Below are positions 12,735 to 25,898 of a DNA stretch of 64,000 bases, piece after piece. Origin of the DNA: Octopus vulgaris (taxonomy: Eukaryota); assembly GCA_951406725.2 (NCBI GenBank), contig OX597817.1:151900001-151964000 (forward strand). The letters run 5' to 3'. The notes under the pieces are model-generated. The model did not search any database and had not been told where the DNA came from. It saw only the letters and a list, made by a program, of their open reading frames with translations. The position numbers were made by a program, and so were the translations under genes. Position 1 is the first letter of the stretch. Each line of letters opens with the position of its first letter.

Positions 12735-14060
12735 TGAGTTAGTGAGTGAGTTAGTGAGTAGGTTTGTCAGCCTTCTTGCATAATGTTGAAACTTCATTCA
12801 TTTTAGAAATTCTACCGTATTTATGATATTCTCTATTTCACTGCTTGCTGTGTGGAGCGCCAATGGTGGAGTATCTCAGTCTGTTCAGCTGTCTTTCGAC
12901 TCATTCCGAAGAACAAAAAGAAAACCTTATTCTTAATTTATAGCCAATCACGTTGCTATACATCACGTACTATACAATATTGTTTATTTTGCTTCTGTCA
13001 GATTTAGAGGATGCACTTGTGGTGGTTAATTATATATTGTTCGTTGGTTGTTCACAATGTGAGGTAGGTTGTGTGTGAAGACAATGACCCCACTAAAGTT
13101 TAATTTTAATTGAGTTTTCAAATATCTTATTAACCCGCCTCGTTATATTTACAAGTATACATCCAATATATTAATGGATCAAAGTTCGACGAACATAAGG
13201 ATGGGGCAACTTTTGTTTATAACTAACTGGATAATATTATGAAAGTATTGCAAGGAATTTAGATTTCTACTTATAATCAATGTGCATTACTCGACATAGA
13301 GTTTAAGATTGATGCCTTTCGTCCAATACGATATGAGCATGTTACATAAGAGAATTCAAAGAAAGGAAGAGAGAGCATTTTACTGGAAAATATCTCTAGC
13401 CCATTAAACAAAGTGAATAGGTTAGTGTGATGAGGGACTAACGTACAGAAGGAAAGCAATATGATTCGTGTAAATCTGAGGTAGTTCTTCCTAAAGTTGA
13501 ATTCTCCTTTTTATTACTGTTGGCCTAAAAGTTCTAGAATCTTCGGTCAAACTGTTTGGCGAGAAAACTTGCAAACTTCTTTTGAAGTATGCTGCATCAA
13601 CCATAATAAGTCAGCCAGTACGGAGTGGTTGAACCATATTCCCGTAGGTGTAAATACTGTTTATGGTGACATTTTCCCTTTTATGGAGATGCATTGGGTC
13701 GTGGTTTTGGACGAGGAAAATCTAAGAGCTATGGTTCAAAACGCAGCAGGGACATCGCTACTGTTTCGACGTTGAAAAATGTTTTTTAGAATGATTTGCC
13801 TTACTTTTTTAATAAGTGTACAAAAGGAAATATAATTTTATTGCTTTTGTCTTATTTGAGCGCAGAGATATTTTCAGAAAATTTTGAAAGACAGATTTTT
13901 ATTAATATCCTGTAACGATAAGTATCCCAGGTTTTTCGTCTGAAAGTAGTTCTTTGAAATCTTTTTTAAGAGATATATTTACTGTTTTATCAAGCAGCTC
14001 AACCATTGTTCACCAATTTTAATTTGTTTTTGTAAGGAGAAGAACGATTGATTTACTTAC

Positions 14061-14130
14061 TAGACAGTAAATTTTCTTATGAATCTTTGAGATATCTTTG
14101 AGAAATTAGGTACATTTAATCATGCCTTGT
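14061..14130 (-). other. Candidate 70-nt non-coding (UTR/lncRNA) exon
   Basis: Acceptor tctttcatttcatttttcag| and donor CTA|gtaagt, both near consensus; stops in all three frames. Confidence 0.4.
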
Positions 14131-14761
14131 CTGAAAAATGAAATGAAAGATGAAGAAAATCATCTTGGCTGATACATTTCTAAAGAATGTATCATTAATT
14201 TCTCAAAAGAGTAAAAGTTTAGTTTCTTTTATACAGTGTTTTCAATATATCAAGTCGAAAAGTCTTAAGGTGAGTTTCTAGGCTTTCAAATGATGCCATA
14301 TAATATATTTTCTCACGTGGCTTGGGATGAAGCTTTAGTTTCTAAATGCGTAGTTAATGTAAATGTAGCATCGAATGTGAATGATCGTGATGCAAAATAA
14401 CATTGATATGTCATAGAGTTATTTACAATCTTTGTCACCAAAAGATAGCAGGAAAAGATTTAAGAATCTATCTACTGTCGTATAGATTTTACTCATGTTT
14501 CTGTATGCTAATGTTAAAGAAGAATGTACGTTCAATGAAATTAAGCTTAACAACACTTTAAGTAGATGAAGGCTTAAGGTAAATGGTGCGTTGTCCTTCT
14601 CTCATTACAATAACACTGAAAGATATAGAGCCAGGATATAAATATATGTTACCAAGGAACAAGTTAATGAGTGCAAGGAAGGCAGCCACGAAGTAAACTG
14701 TAGAATATTTCGTCCACAATATTATAGCATTGGACGTGTTAAATGGTATTAAAGGCGTGAA

Positions 14762-15213
14762 AGGTGGCGAGCTGGCAGAAACGTTAGCACGCCGGGCGAA
14801 ATGCGTAGCCGTATTTCGTCTGCCGTTACGTTCTGAGTTCAAATTCCGTCGAGGTCGACTTTGCCTCAACCACATGGTTCCGGGTTATGTCTCACTGCGT
14901 GGCACCTTGGGCAAGTGTAGCCTCGGGCCGAGCAAAGCCTTCTGAGTGGATTTGGCAGGCGGAAACTGAAAGAAGCCTGCCACACACACACACACACACA
15001 CACATATATGTTTGTCTGTCTGTGTTTGTCCGCCTCCATCGCTTGACAACCGATGTTAGTGTGTTTACGTCCCCGTAACATAGCGGTTCGGCAAACGACA
15101 TTGATAGGATAATTTATCAGGCTTACGAAGAATAAGTCCTGGCGGCGATTTGTTCGACTAAAGGTGGTGCTCCAGCATAGCCGCAGTCAAATGACTGAAA
15201 CAAGTAAAAGAAT
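14762..15213 (+). mobile_element. Chimeric SINE: family C 5' part (14762-14866) joined to family A
   Basis: ...GGTCGACTTTGCCT | CAACCACATGGTTCCGGG... junction. Confidence 0.8.
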
Positions 15214-15406
15214 ACCGTTCCTAATGATGTTTGGCTATAAAAATATAAGATTTTTTAAACATCGAATGGCAATGGAGGTCTGTCTGAGTAAAATAATCAA
15301 AGGGGTTCCCAGTTTACAAAAATGGTTGCGAGCCACTGATATAAGTATTGTGCTGTAAACCATATACCATTTTTGTGAGGCCTCCACTTCCTTTGATACC
15401 TAAACA

Positions 15407-16440
15407 CGACCCCGAAAGGACGAAAGGTAAAGTCGACCTCGGAGGAATTTGAACTCAGAACGTAACGGCAGACGAAACACTTATTTCTTTACTACCCACA
15501 AGGGGCTAAACACAGAGAGGACAAACAAGGACAAACAAACGGATTAAGTCGATTATATCGACCCCAGTGCGTAACTGGTACTTATTTAATCGACCCCGAA
15601 AGGATGAAAGGTAAAGTCGACCTCGGCGGAATTTGAACTCAGAATGTAACGGCAGACGAAACACTTATTTCTTTACTACCCACAAGGGGCTAAACACAGA
15701 GAGGACAAACAAGGACAAACAAACGGATTAAGTCGATTATATCGACCCCAGTGCGTAACTGGTACTTATTTAATCGACCCCGAAAGGATGAAAGGTAAAG
15801 TCGACCTCGGCGGAATTTGAACTCAGAACGTAACGGCAGACGAAACACCTATTTCTTTACTACCCACAAGGGGCTAAACACAGAGAGGACAAACAAGGAC
15901 AAACAAACGGATTAAGTCGATTATATCGACCCCAGTGCGTAACTGGTACTTATTTAATCGACCCCGAAAGGATGAAAGGTAAAGTCGACCTCAGAGGAAT
16001 TTGAACTCAGAATGTAACGGCAGAAGAAATACCTATTTCTTTACTGCCCACAAGGGGCTAAACACAGAGAGGACAAACAAGGACGGACAAACGTATTAAG
16101 TCGATTATATCGACCCCAGTGCGTAACTGGTACTTATTTAATCGACCCCGAAAGGATGAAAGGTAAAGTCGACCTCGGCGGAATTTGAACTCAGAACGTA
16201 ACGGCAGACGAAACACCTATTTCTTTACTACCCACAAGGGGCTAAACACAGAGAGGACAAACAAGGACAAACAAACGGATTAAGTCGATTATATCGACCC
16301 CAGTGCGTAACTGGTACTTAATTTATCGACCCCGAAAGGATGAAAGGCAAAGTCGACCTCGGCGGAATTTGAACTCAGAATGTAACGGCAGACGAAATAC
16401 CGCTAAGCCTTTCGCCCGGCGTGCTAACGATTCTGCCAGC
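15407..16440 (-). repeat. Tandem array of SINE C-derived 184-bp units (5 full units plus head)
   Basis: CGACCCCGAAAGGA at 15407, 15591, 15775, 15959, 16143 and 16327, an exact 184-bp period. Confidence 0.95.
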
Positions 16441-16725
16441 GCTGTCCTGGGGCGAGCGACAGATGATTTCTTGTCACAGTCACTGACAGAAATGTAGCCA
16501 ACTAGTGATTATCTTATTGGAAACCAGTAACTGATGCGATTGCTTACCAAATAGTCATATGAAATACATGAAGCATAACTCCTTTGGGGTGAGGTATTGA
16601 CGTCATAATTCTCAATTTCCAAACAGGAAGTCAATAAAACTGATTAGTTTTTTGGTATTTCTTATCATAAATTGTATTTTATTTACTGCTTTAGAGAATA
16701 GGATAAATAGAATAATAACGAAATG

Positions 16726-16986
<261 letters not shown>

Positions 16987-18125
16987 TCATCCCAGCCTAT
17001 CAAATGGGAGCTAACGTGTGCCTTTGCACGCATACATATGAAAATCAAACCCTCGAATATAAATAAGCTATAAATAGTCAAACACTACAGAACCTAAGTA
17101 TCAACTATACTTTTGGCGGATAAAAATACCTCACTGCTTAGTTGATACGATCTATCATGAAGAAGAAGAAGATGAAGATGAAGATGATGATGATGATGAT
17201 GAACGGCAGTGGTAGTCTGTATGGATGCCAGTGTCGACATCAGCAGTCTAAAGAAATACAAGCCTGACATTTTTCGTTGAGTCTATCTAGTTCCTTCTGT
17301 CTTTCATACTTACTGAATTAAACTGTTTGATAACTTAGATATATTTCCATGTTATTTAGTAATGATGTCGTTGTCATTGCCGTTGTTGTTATTGTTGCTG
17401 TTATATCTGAGGTTGTTGTTGTTATATCTTAGGTTGTTGTTGTTGTTGTTGTAATAAACGCAATACAAATCTTGTTTATATACCAATGGAGTTCTTGACG
17501 TATCAACTTCCGACATTGGCTCCGCAGCCATAAATAAGAGCAACAAAAATAAACAGAACGGCTGTGTATTCCCCTTTGAATATATATATCTGTGTTTATC
17601 TTTGATAAGACGACGTAGGTTTTTAAGCAGATCACTCATCTTGCTTCCACCGTATCTCATTCAGTGACCGTCATTAGGTTAAAGGTTAAAGGTGTATAAT
17701 GTCAATAGGTCGTGCCCCAATAAGTAATATAACTCGCATAAAAATATCTGAAGAGCTTTCACGTCATTTAGAACACTACCAGTAGCTTTCTGCAATTTGA
17801 AATTCGCTTTGAATCGAGTTATTTCAGGAGGTCTCTAGAGATTGGTAGACCGATAATTGGCACTTCATAAATGCACGTGTTTGATGCTGGGAATGTCCTT
17901 GTGCTCGTTCCACTGCTTGCTGTTGTTTAGCCCTAAAACAACCCTGGCCGAATAAGCCTATAATTCAAAAGCGTTGCAGCCGTGACAATCTCGTCTTAGT
18001 CTATATCTAGGATTTTTGTCTATATATATATCTCCTCTCTCTCTCTCTCCCTTTCTTTCTTTCTTTCTTTCTTTCTCTCTCACCTTCTCCGTCTCTCTCT
18101 CTCTCTCTCTCTCTCTTGCAATCGC

Positions 18126-18193
<68 letters not shown>

Positions 18194-18399
18194 CCTGTCA
18201 TATTTAAGGACATTAGATATTGCCTCTTCCTTTCTTTAAGACATTAGAGTGTGTTTAGCGCAAGGCTACGCTGCTACTTCTAGCAATCATATCTTCCCCA
18301 AGCGTCCTCGTTGATGTTAGATTGACCCAAGATGAGAATGAACCGGAATACATTAAAATTCCTGCATTAACATCTTCACACGCATAGACATGAACTTCA

Positions 18400-18692
18400 T
18401 AACGTGGATATAGCGTGGGAGTAGCATGAACATAGCATAAGCATTACATAAGCGTAGCGTGGGCGTAGCGTGGGCGTAGCGTAGGCGTAGCGTGGGCGTA
18501 GCGTGGATGTAGCGTGGGACTAGCGTGGGACTAGCGTGGGCGTAGCGTGGGCGTAGCGTGGGCGTAGCGTGGGACTAGCGTGGGCGTAGCGTGGGACTAG
18601 CGTAGGCGTAGCGTAGGCGTAGCGTAGGCGTAGCGTAGGCGTAACGTAGGTGTTGCGTGGGCGTAGTGTGGTCATAGCGTGGTAATAGCGTT
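18400..18692. repeat. GC/CpG-rich 11-bp minisatellite (AGCGTGGGCGT)n with variants
   Basis: More than 20 tandem units, degenerating at both edges. Confidence 0.95.
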
Positions 18693-19078
18693 GCTTTTGG
18701 CAACCTTGTACGGCAGTTGAATTGTCCACTCCCAGCGACCGCCCTTGTATGGTCTGCACACTCCACACTACACCACTGCTTCATAAGCTAATTTAACAGT
18801 GATAGTCGACGGCATTACTAAACGACTGAAGAATCTAAAAACTCGCTGTCGCACTTTCCAATCACTTAATAACGTCAGATGGCCTCATACAATGTAATGT
18901 TACGCATTGTGATCTAGATTTATGATAAAATTAAAGAACAAGTTTAATTAAGATCTAATGTCATACTAATAAAGCAAGTTAAAGCAACAGATTTAATCCC
19001 GAATACCCAGGTTTATTCACCATTAATTCAGTTGAAGAGTAACAGTGAGAAACTGAATAGAGGCGACTATATTTGAAT

Positions 19079-19383
19079 TGGAGGCGCAATGGCCCAGTGG
19101 TTAGGGCAGCGGACTAGCGATCGGAGAATCGCGGTTTCGATTCCCAGACCGGGCGTTGTGTGTGTTTATTGAGCGAAAACACCTAAAAGCTCCACGATGC
19201 TCCGGCAGGGGGTGGTGATCCCTGCTGTACTCTTTCACCACTCTTTCTCTCACTCTTTCTGCTGTTGGCCTGCTCGCTTAGCCAGCGGGGTGGCGTCGTT
19301 CGAAGGCTAAATCAATGCGAACGCATTGTGACCAGCGATGTGTAGCAACATCTGATGGTCTGGTCGGTCACGTGATCACGTGA
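19079..19383 (+). mobile_element. SINE family B with an alternative 3' tail
   Basis: B head and body; tail ends CACGTGATCACGTG; TSD ATATTTGAATTG. Confidence 0.85.
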
Positions 19384-19567
19384 TATTTGAATTGAGGACA
19401 GCGCTGTCTTAAGGCATACACACTGGCCAATTGGATGGGAGCCCCGCGTATCTAAGAGTCCAATGTTAATCTGTGTATGCTGTGGTTTGCTGGCGGTGTA
19501 TAATACTACAGATATTGTTTTGCCCAGAGGTGGTGCTGCAGAGATGTTGAGATAGCCCTAAATGAAG

Positions 19568-19710
19568 GTGACAGTAGGGGGTGTACACCACCGCTGTATA
19601 GCCCTAGGAAGCATCGACGCCTCCTGATGGCTTTGACACATTTTTCCCTGTGTCCTTATATACATTTACGAAGGGGAGACAAACACCCCCGGCCGCCGGA
19701 GTTGCATCTG
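19568..19710. repeat. Dispersed repeat, second copy at 27639-27778
   Basis: GTGACAGTAGGGGG..ACACCACCGCTGT.TAGCCCTAG.AAGCATCGACGC...GGGGAGACAAACACCCCC shared. Confidence 0.8.
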
Positions 19711-20069
19711 TAATTTTAATGAAGCTGCTACCGGGGAATTCAGCTGGAAGTATTCTTCCAGAATGTTACCAGCTCAGCAATAGGGTCTCCTTGTGCATTT
19801 CAGATGCATTATTGTGCTAACTCCAGCAGCTCATCAATAGATAAACTTATAATGGAATCGAAGGTTCATGATACCTGTGGAGTAACACCTTCTCCCATTA
19901 CAATTATTTTCTGTAGTCTTAGGATCTGGAACTCGAAAGAAGAAACTTACAAGCTGATGCAATTCAATGGTTGTTTATTTTAGTTCTTATTCATGTGGCT
20001 CGTTCCCGGTGACCATTTGTATGGCAGCGCGCGGTTGCGCTATTGCGCTGCTCACGTGAGGTACACCCT

Positions 20070-20475
20070 TTCTCTTCTACTCTTTTACATGTTTCAGTCA
20101 TCTGACTGTGGCCATGCTGGAGCGCCGTCTTTAGTCGAGCAAATCGACCCCCAGGACTTATTCTCTGTAAGCCTAGTGCTTATTCTATCGGTCTCTTTGC
20201 CGAACCGCTAAGTTACGGGGACGTAAACACACCAGCATCAGTTGTCAAGCGATGTTGGGGGAACAAACACAGACACACAAATATATACACACACACACAT
20301 ATATATACATATATACTACGGGCTTCTTTCAGTTTCCGTCTACCAAATCCACTCACAAGGCTTTGGTCGGCCCGAGGCTATAGCAGAAGACATTAGCCCA
20401 AGGTGCCACGCAGTGGGACTGAACCCGGAACCATGTGGTTGGTAACCAAGCTACTTACCACACAGCTACTCCTAC
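20070..20475 (-). mobile_element. SINE family A, full length
   Basis: Reverse complement of family A. Confidence 0.9.
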
Positions 20476-20559
20476 ATTACCTCAGGAGATAACGGGTAAA
20501 GTTAGAGCAGGATAAGAATCCACCGTGAGCTGCCAGTTTGCAGTGTTTCTCAGCGCAGC

Positions 20560-20830
20560 GAGAAAGAGAAGAGAGAGATCGAATTCCTTAATACGCCTGC
20601 TTAAATAGATGTTGCCCACGAGAGTCTCGCTGTGGTCTCGCGCATGGCAACATGGTTGTAGGCAAGATCTCGCTTTTGTCTCGAACATTGTAATGGCTGC
20701 CGGCGAGATCTCGAACAAAATGGCGCTGACTTCTTGTGTCACTCTACAAACTCTTACCATGTGACTCGGTCGACTCTTTCACATTTTGCATTCGACTTTC
20801 ATTGGCCATTTCAATGACGTCACTGATGAC
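20560..20830. promoter_or_regulatory. Candidate CpG-rich promoter-like segment
   Basis: Unique sequence with repeated TCTCG/CGAGATCTCG, AAAATGGCG (YY1-like), ATTGG, TGACGTCA (20815-20822) and a minus-strand ATG|GTAAGA donor near 20757. Confidence 0.3.
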
Positions 20831-21179
20831 AGCAAGCAATAGTAAAATTACAGGAAATCATTGCATCCTTCTGACCATAACTTCTGATAATCAATTCTCA
20901 TTTACTTTATCCTAGCCTGCTTTGGTATTATTTATGGATGGTAGTCTCTGATAAATTGTTTATTTTCTCTCTCTCTCTCCCTCTCTCTCTCTTTCTTTCT
21001 TCTTCTTCTTCTCCTTCTTCTTCTTCCAGTAAGTTGCCCAAAAGTGTGACAAAGGTAGTAGACCTTGATATTAGAAATTACAGTCGCCTTCTCCACCTCC
21101 TTCTCTTCACCTCCTCCTTCTCTTCACATCCTCCTTCTCTTCACCTCCTCCTCCTTCTCTTCTTCTTCTTCTTCTTCTT

Positions 21180-21298
21180 CCATACATACATATACACGCA
21201 CATATAAACATACATACATATATACATTCGTATGTCTATATATATATATGCATACATACATACGTACATACATATATATATATATGTGTGTGTGTGTG

Positions 21299-21333
<35 letters not shown>

Positions 21334-21458
21334 GTACATCCATACATATATATATGTATGTATATATATATATACATACATACACACACACGCGTATATA
21401 TACATATATATATGCATACATATATATATATACATACACACACAGATACATACATACA

Positions 21459-21491
<33 letters not shown>

Positions 21492-21518
21492 GCATGCATA
21501 CATACATACATACATACA

Positions 21519-21602
<84 letters not shown>
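21180..21602. repeat. Compound (TA)n/(CATA)n/(TG)n microsatellite preceded by CT/CTT-rich tracts
   Basis: Seen directly. Confidence 0.97.
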
Positions 21603-21603
<1 letters not shown>

Positions 21604-22260
21604 TACAGTCCAAGCATCATTGATTTAGAACTTCTAATATTTTATATATGTATATATATGCTGCTGTAAGAATGCTAAACATGCTAACCCTGACCGGATC
21701 AATATTGATCGGAGCACATTATAGTAAATTCTATAAGCGAAAGTCTCTACAGACTTGCTCCGATAGCTGTATCTATAAAGATGTTTAATCTTCTCTAGAA
21801 CCGCAACATACCACTTTCTGATATGAAGTATTGTAAAGATTATGAAATATTTTGGTACGAACTTTTGTCGAAAGTGAAAACAATCATTTTTTTTTTTTTT
21901 TTTTTCAGAGACGTAATCGAATGGCAACACCACTCTAACTAAACGAATCTCCATTTTTGGTTCTTTCCTTTGGTTCAATGATAGAAATATTTCGTATTTT
22001 AGGAAAGAGGAAATAGGATGTGTGTTCGTTTATACCACTTTCAATTTCAAAAGCAACGTGATTGAAAGAATCGAAAAACGCATCGTGAACTCTATTTTTC
22101 TGTGAGTTCACCTAATCAGGCCGGCTGGAAGTGCTAACCACGAGCCCGGTCGTTCTGGATGACTCATATTTGGCAGGGTGTCACATTATGTTTGAGTTCT
22201 TCGAAATAAAAGGGGAAATAAAATGAAAGAAAGAAAGAAAACAAACATTTTATTTTTATA

Positions 22261-22629
22261 CTAGCAGTATCGCCCGGCGTTGCTCGGGTTTGTTTCGACA
22301 CTTTAGAATTGAATTTTTGAAAAGCAAAAATTTTGCATTAAGTGAACATTTTTCTGGTTGAAATACACTGAAAAATGGCGACACAGCAGTCAAAAAATCG
22401 TAAAAACTAGGGATTTTCATAGAAAAAAACCCACCTTTTTTATGTAAATAATTTTTGGTATTAAGATGGTCCGATTTAAATTTTATCTTCTATGGAAGGA
22501 AGAGCAAGCCTTCTTCTATCATACTCTCAATTTTGGTCAACTTGCGCCGCAGGGTCTCGGAGGAGATAGTGTTAGTTGAAGGTTACCAAACCTGTCACAC
22601 ACAGACAACTTCAGCTTTAAATATATAGA
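22261..22629 (-). mobile_element. Non-autonomous Helitron
   Basis: Minus strand TCTATATA...CCCGAGCAACGCCGGG hairpin-CGATACTGCTAG; A|T target; same 3' end as 37410-37802. Confidence 0.8.
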
Positions 22630-23321
22630 TTAATAAATTATAATGAGCACTTTACGCTGATTTTTACCGGTTTAACACCATACGAAAAATAAATTTTTAA
22701 AGTTTACTTGTAAGAGCGCCGAGATTAAGCTTACCCGGGTGCAAGCTGGGAACGGCTTAAGTGCATTGCTGGACACTTGAGTATTTTTATTCATTGTCAG
22801 TAAGTCACAGTATGCATAGCTAAGCAATAGGCCTTTAAGCCCGTATCACCCACTCCCGAACAACTATTCAGTACTTCCAAGCTGTAAGACGCAGTTGGCG
22901 TCAGCGACTCTAGCACTAAGCAACCAGATTAGTCTTGCTGTAAATGCGTTTTTTTCCCCTATAATTTAGAAATATCGTTAGTCAAAATAAAATAGTAAGA
23001 AAAAGTAGTAAACGATTATGACAGACACGTAGTATAAAGTAAATACAATATCGATCGGGTGAGAGATAGCAAACATTGAAATTAAGATGTGAAATACACA
23101 ATATACTTTCCACCACAACAATGGCAGAAAATCTCAAAGATTTTATAAACATTGGCGTAGGAGTGGCTGTGTGGTAAGTAGCTTGCTTACAAACAACATG
23201 GTTCTGGGTCAGTCTCACTGCGTGGCACCTTGGGCAAGTGTCTTCTACTATAGCCTCGGGCCGACCAAAGTCTTGTGAGTGGATTTGGTAAACGAAAACT
23301 GAAAGAAGCCCGTCGTATATG

Positions 23322-23405
<84 letters not shown>

Positions 23406-23411
23406 AGAATT

Positions 23412-23570
23412 GGCGTAACTCCAGTATAAGTACCGGAAAGTACCGGATCCATTTCAAGATAGTATTTTTTTATATATATGGGGGGGGTAGGGTTAAGGGT
23501 GGGAGAAAAGGGTTTCTGTTATCTTCAGAAATGTAAACAAGGCCTCCGGTACTTATACCGAAGGATCGCC
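23412..23570. mobile_element. 159-bp MITE, GG...CC termini, perfect 8-bp TSD (Merlin-like)
   Basis: TIR GGCG....TCC.GTATAAGTACCGGA / TCCGGTACTTATACCGAAGGATCGCC; TSD GGAGAATT at 23404-23411 and 23571-23578. Confidence 0.85.
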
Positions 23571-23815
23571 GGAGAATTCACGAAAAAAATATAAGACGAA
23601 GACAGGTGGTGTAGAAAACAAAAACAGATATATTAGTATAACGCTCTGGAATTTCGAGCCTACGATCTTCCACAGAAAGGAACACAGAAAGAAACAAGGA
23701 GAGAAAAACAAATGTGTGTAGTGGCTACCGGTCTATCATGGCGAATGCCGGACAGAAGGGTCACACAGGAGAGCGAAGAAGTAGGGGAGATAACAAAGTT
23801 GTAGTGATCCCAAAA
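23571..23815 (-). mobile_element. Penelope-like module, copy 2 (hammerhead motif partly deleted)
   Basis: AAGACGAAG.CAGGTGG...TTTCGAGCCTACG.TCTTC.ACAGAAAG shared with the 5405 and 38240 copies. Confidence 0.6.
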
Positions 23816-23817
23816 CA

Positions 23818-23860
<43 letters not shown>

Positions 23861-24126
23861 ATATGTTTGTGTGTCTGTGTTTGTCACCCCCAACATCGCT
23901 TGACAACCGATGCTGGTGTGTTTACGTTCCCCGTAACTTAGCGGTTCGGCAAAAGAGACTGATAGAATAAGTACTAGGCTTACAAAGAATAAGTCCTGGG
24001 GTCGATTTGCTTGACTAAAGGCGGTGCTCCAGCATGGCCACAGTCAAAAGTAAAAGAGAGTATATTTTTTTAATAATCGTGAAGTAAAAAAAAACAAAAC
24101 ATTACATTGTAAATATAGTCTCTCCA

Positions 24127-24278
24127 GGCGTGGCTGTGTGGTAAGAAGTTTGATACCCGACCACGGGATTCTGGATTAAGCCCTACTGTTTAATACCTTG
24201 GACAAGTGTCTTCTACTATAGCTTCGGGTCCATCAAAGCCTTGTGAGTAGATTTGGTAAGGGGGAAATGAAAGTGTGC

Positions 24279-24316
<38 letters not shown>

Positions 24317-24420
24317 CTTTGTTTCTGGTTTGTCCCCCACCACCACTTGACAACCGGTGTTGGTGCGTTTACGTCTCCATAACGATTCGGTAAAAGTGCC
24401 CGGTAGAATAAGTACCTGGC
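24127..24420 (+). mobile_element. SINE family A, diverged
   Basis: Similarity to family A. Confidence 0.75.
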
Positions 24421-24442
24421 GTGAAAAATATAAGGACTCTCT

Positions 24443-24851
24443 CTTTTTACTCTTTTTACTTGTTTCAGTCATTTGACTGCGGCCATGCTGGAGCACCGCC
24501 TTTAGTCGAGCAAATCGACCCCGGGACTTATTCTTTGTAAGCCCAGTACTTATTCTATCGGTCTCTTTTGCCGAACCGCTAAGTTACGGGGACGTAAACA
24601 CACCAGCATCGGTTGTCAAGCAATGCTAGGGGAACAAACACAGACACACAAACATATTCACACACACTTATATATATATACATATATACGACAGGCTTCT
24701 TTCAGTTTCCGTCTACCAAATCCACTCACAAGGCATTGGTCGGCCCGGGGCTATAGCAGAAGACACGTGCCCAAGATGCCACGCAGTGGGACTGAACCCG
24801 GAACCATGTGGTTGGTTAGCAAGCTACTTACCAAACAGCCACTCCTGCGCC
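24443..24851 (-). mobile_element. SINE family A, young subfamily
   Basis: Shares diagnostic changes (AAGGCATTGG, CAATGCTAGGGG, GTTAGCAAG) with 40101 and 53089. Confidence 0.9.
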
Positions 24852-24966
24852 TATGGGGGCGATTAATTCAATTTTAAAAAATTCTTGAAGCCGGTGCCCC
24901 AGCATGGCCGAAGTCTAATGACTGAAACAAGAAAAGGATAAACGATATTTTTAAATCGTCGTCGTA

Positions 24967-25342
24967 GCACTCCGTCGGTTATGACGACGAGGGTTCCAAC
25001 TGATCCGATCGACGGAACAGCCTGCTCGTGAAATTAACGTGCAAGTGGCTGAGCACTCCACAGACACGTGTACCCTTAACGTAGTTCTCGAGGAGATTCA
25101 GCGTGACACTATGTGACAAGGCTGGCTCTTCGAAATACAGATACAACAAAAGCAAGAAGAAAGAGCGTGAGAATGTTGTGGTGAAAGAGTACAGCAGGGT
25201 TCGCCACTACTCACTGCCGGAGGCCTCGTGGAGCTTTAGATGTTTTCTCTCAATAAACACTCACAACGCCTGGTCTGGGAATCGAAACCGCGATCCTACG
25301 ACCACGAGTCCGCTGCCCTAACCACTGAGCCATTGTGCCTCA
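24967..25342 (-). mobile_element. SINE family B
   Basis: Colinear with 1666-2053. Confidence 0.88.
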
Positions 25343-25587
25343 ACTTATTTTTAAATAATCAATGAAGTAAAAGAAAATTACTTTATGAATATAGTTTCTT
25401 CATTGATTGTTCGGTAAGTAGAAAAGCAAAAGTACATTTGTGTGTTATCTCGTTCGGTATGGGGAATGAAATTCTTTTGGTGGCGGCATAGTTGAACAAC
25501 AGTAAGTTCTTGGTAATGTAAATAAAAGAATTCGGTTTCGATTCCCAGACGATAACACATGAATCTGACTGCCTATAATTCTGAAGC

Positions 25588-25883
25588 TATTGAGCGAAAA
25601 CACCTAAAGCTCCACGAGGCTCCGGCAGGGGATGGTGGTGATCCCTGCTGTACTCTTTCACCACAACTTTCTCTCACTCTTACTTCCTGTTTCTGTTGTA
25701 CCTGTATTTCAAAGGGCCGGCCTTGTCACTCTCTGTGTCACGCTGAATATCCCCGAGAACTACGTTAAGGGTGCACGTGTCTGTGGAGTGCTCAGCCACT
25801 TACACGTTAATTTCACGAGCAGGCTGTTCCATTGATTCGGATCAACCGGAACCTTCATCGTCGTAACCGACGGAGTGCTTCCA
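25588..25883 (+). mobile_element. SINE family B, 5'-truncated
   Basis: Body and tail to GGAGTGCTTCCA; TSD AATTCTGAAGC. Confidence 0.88.
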
Positions 25884-25898
25884 ATTCTGAAGCGAAAA

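Larger units (their letters stand above)
23154..24060 (+). mobile_element. SINE family A hosting nested insertions
   Basis: 5' half 23154-23330, 3' half about 23830-24060. Confidence 0.85.

Noticed and set aside
13497-13790. 92-aa ORF and an alternative frame containing GRGFGRG
   Set aside because: No recognisable domain, no convincing splice sites, stops upstream in the second frame
15407-16440. CRISPR-like regular array
   Set aside because: Whole 184-bp units repeat with no unique spacers, there are no cas genes, and the context is eukaryotic
21065-21669. Long ORFs such as [20 protein letters not shown] and LSIYLSIY (also 16652, 51215, 57071)
   Set aside because: Translations of stop-free microsatellites, not proteins
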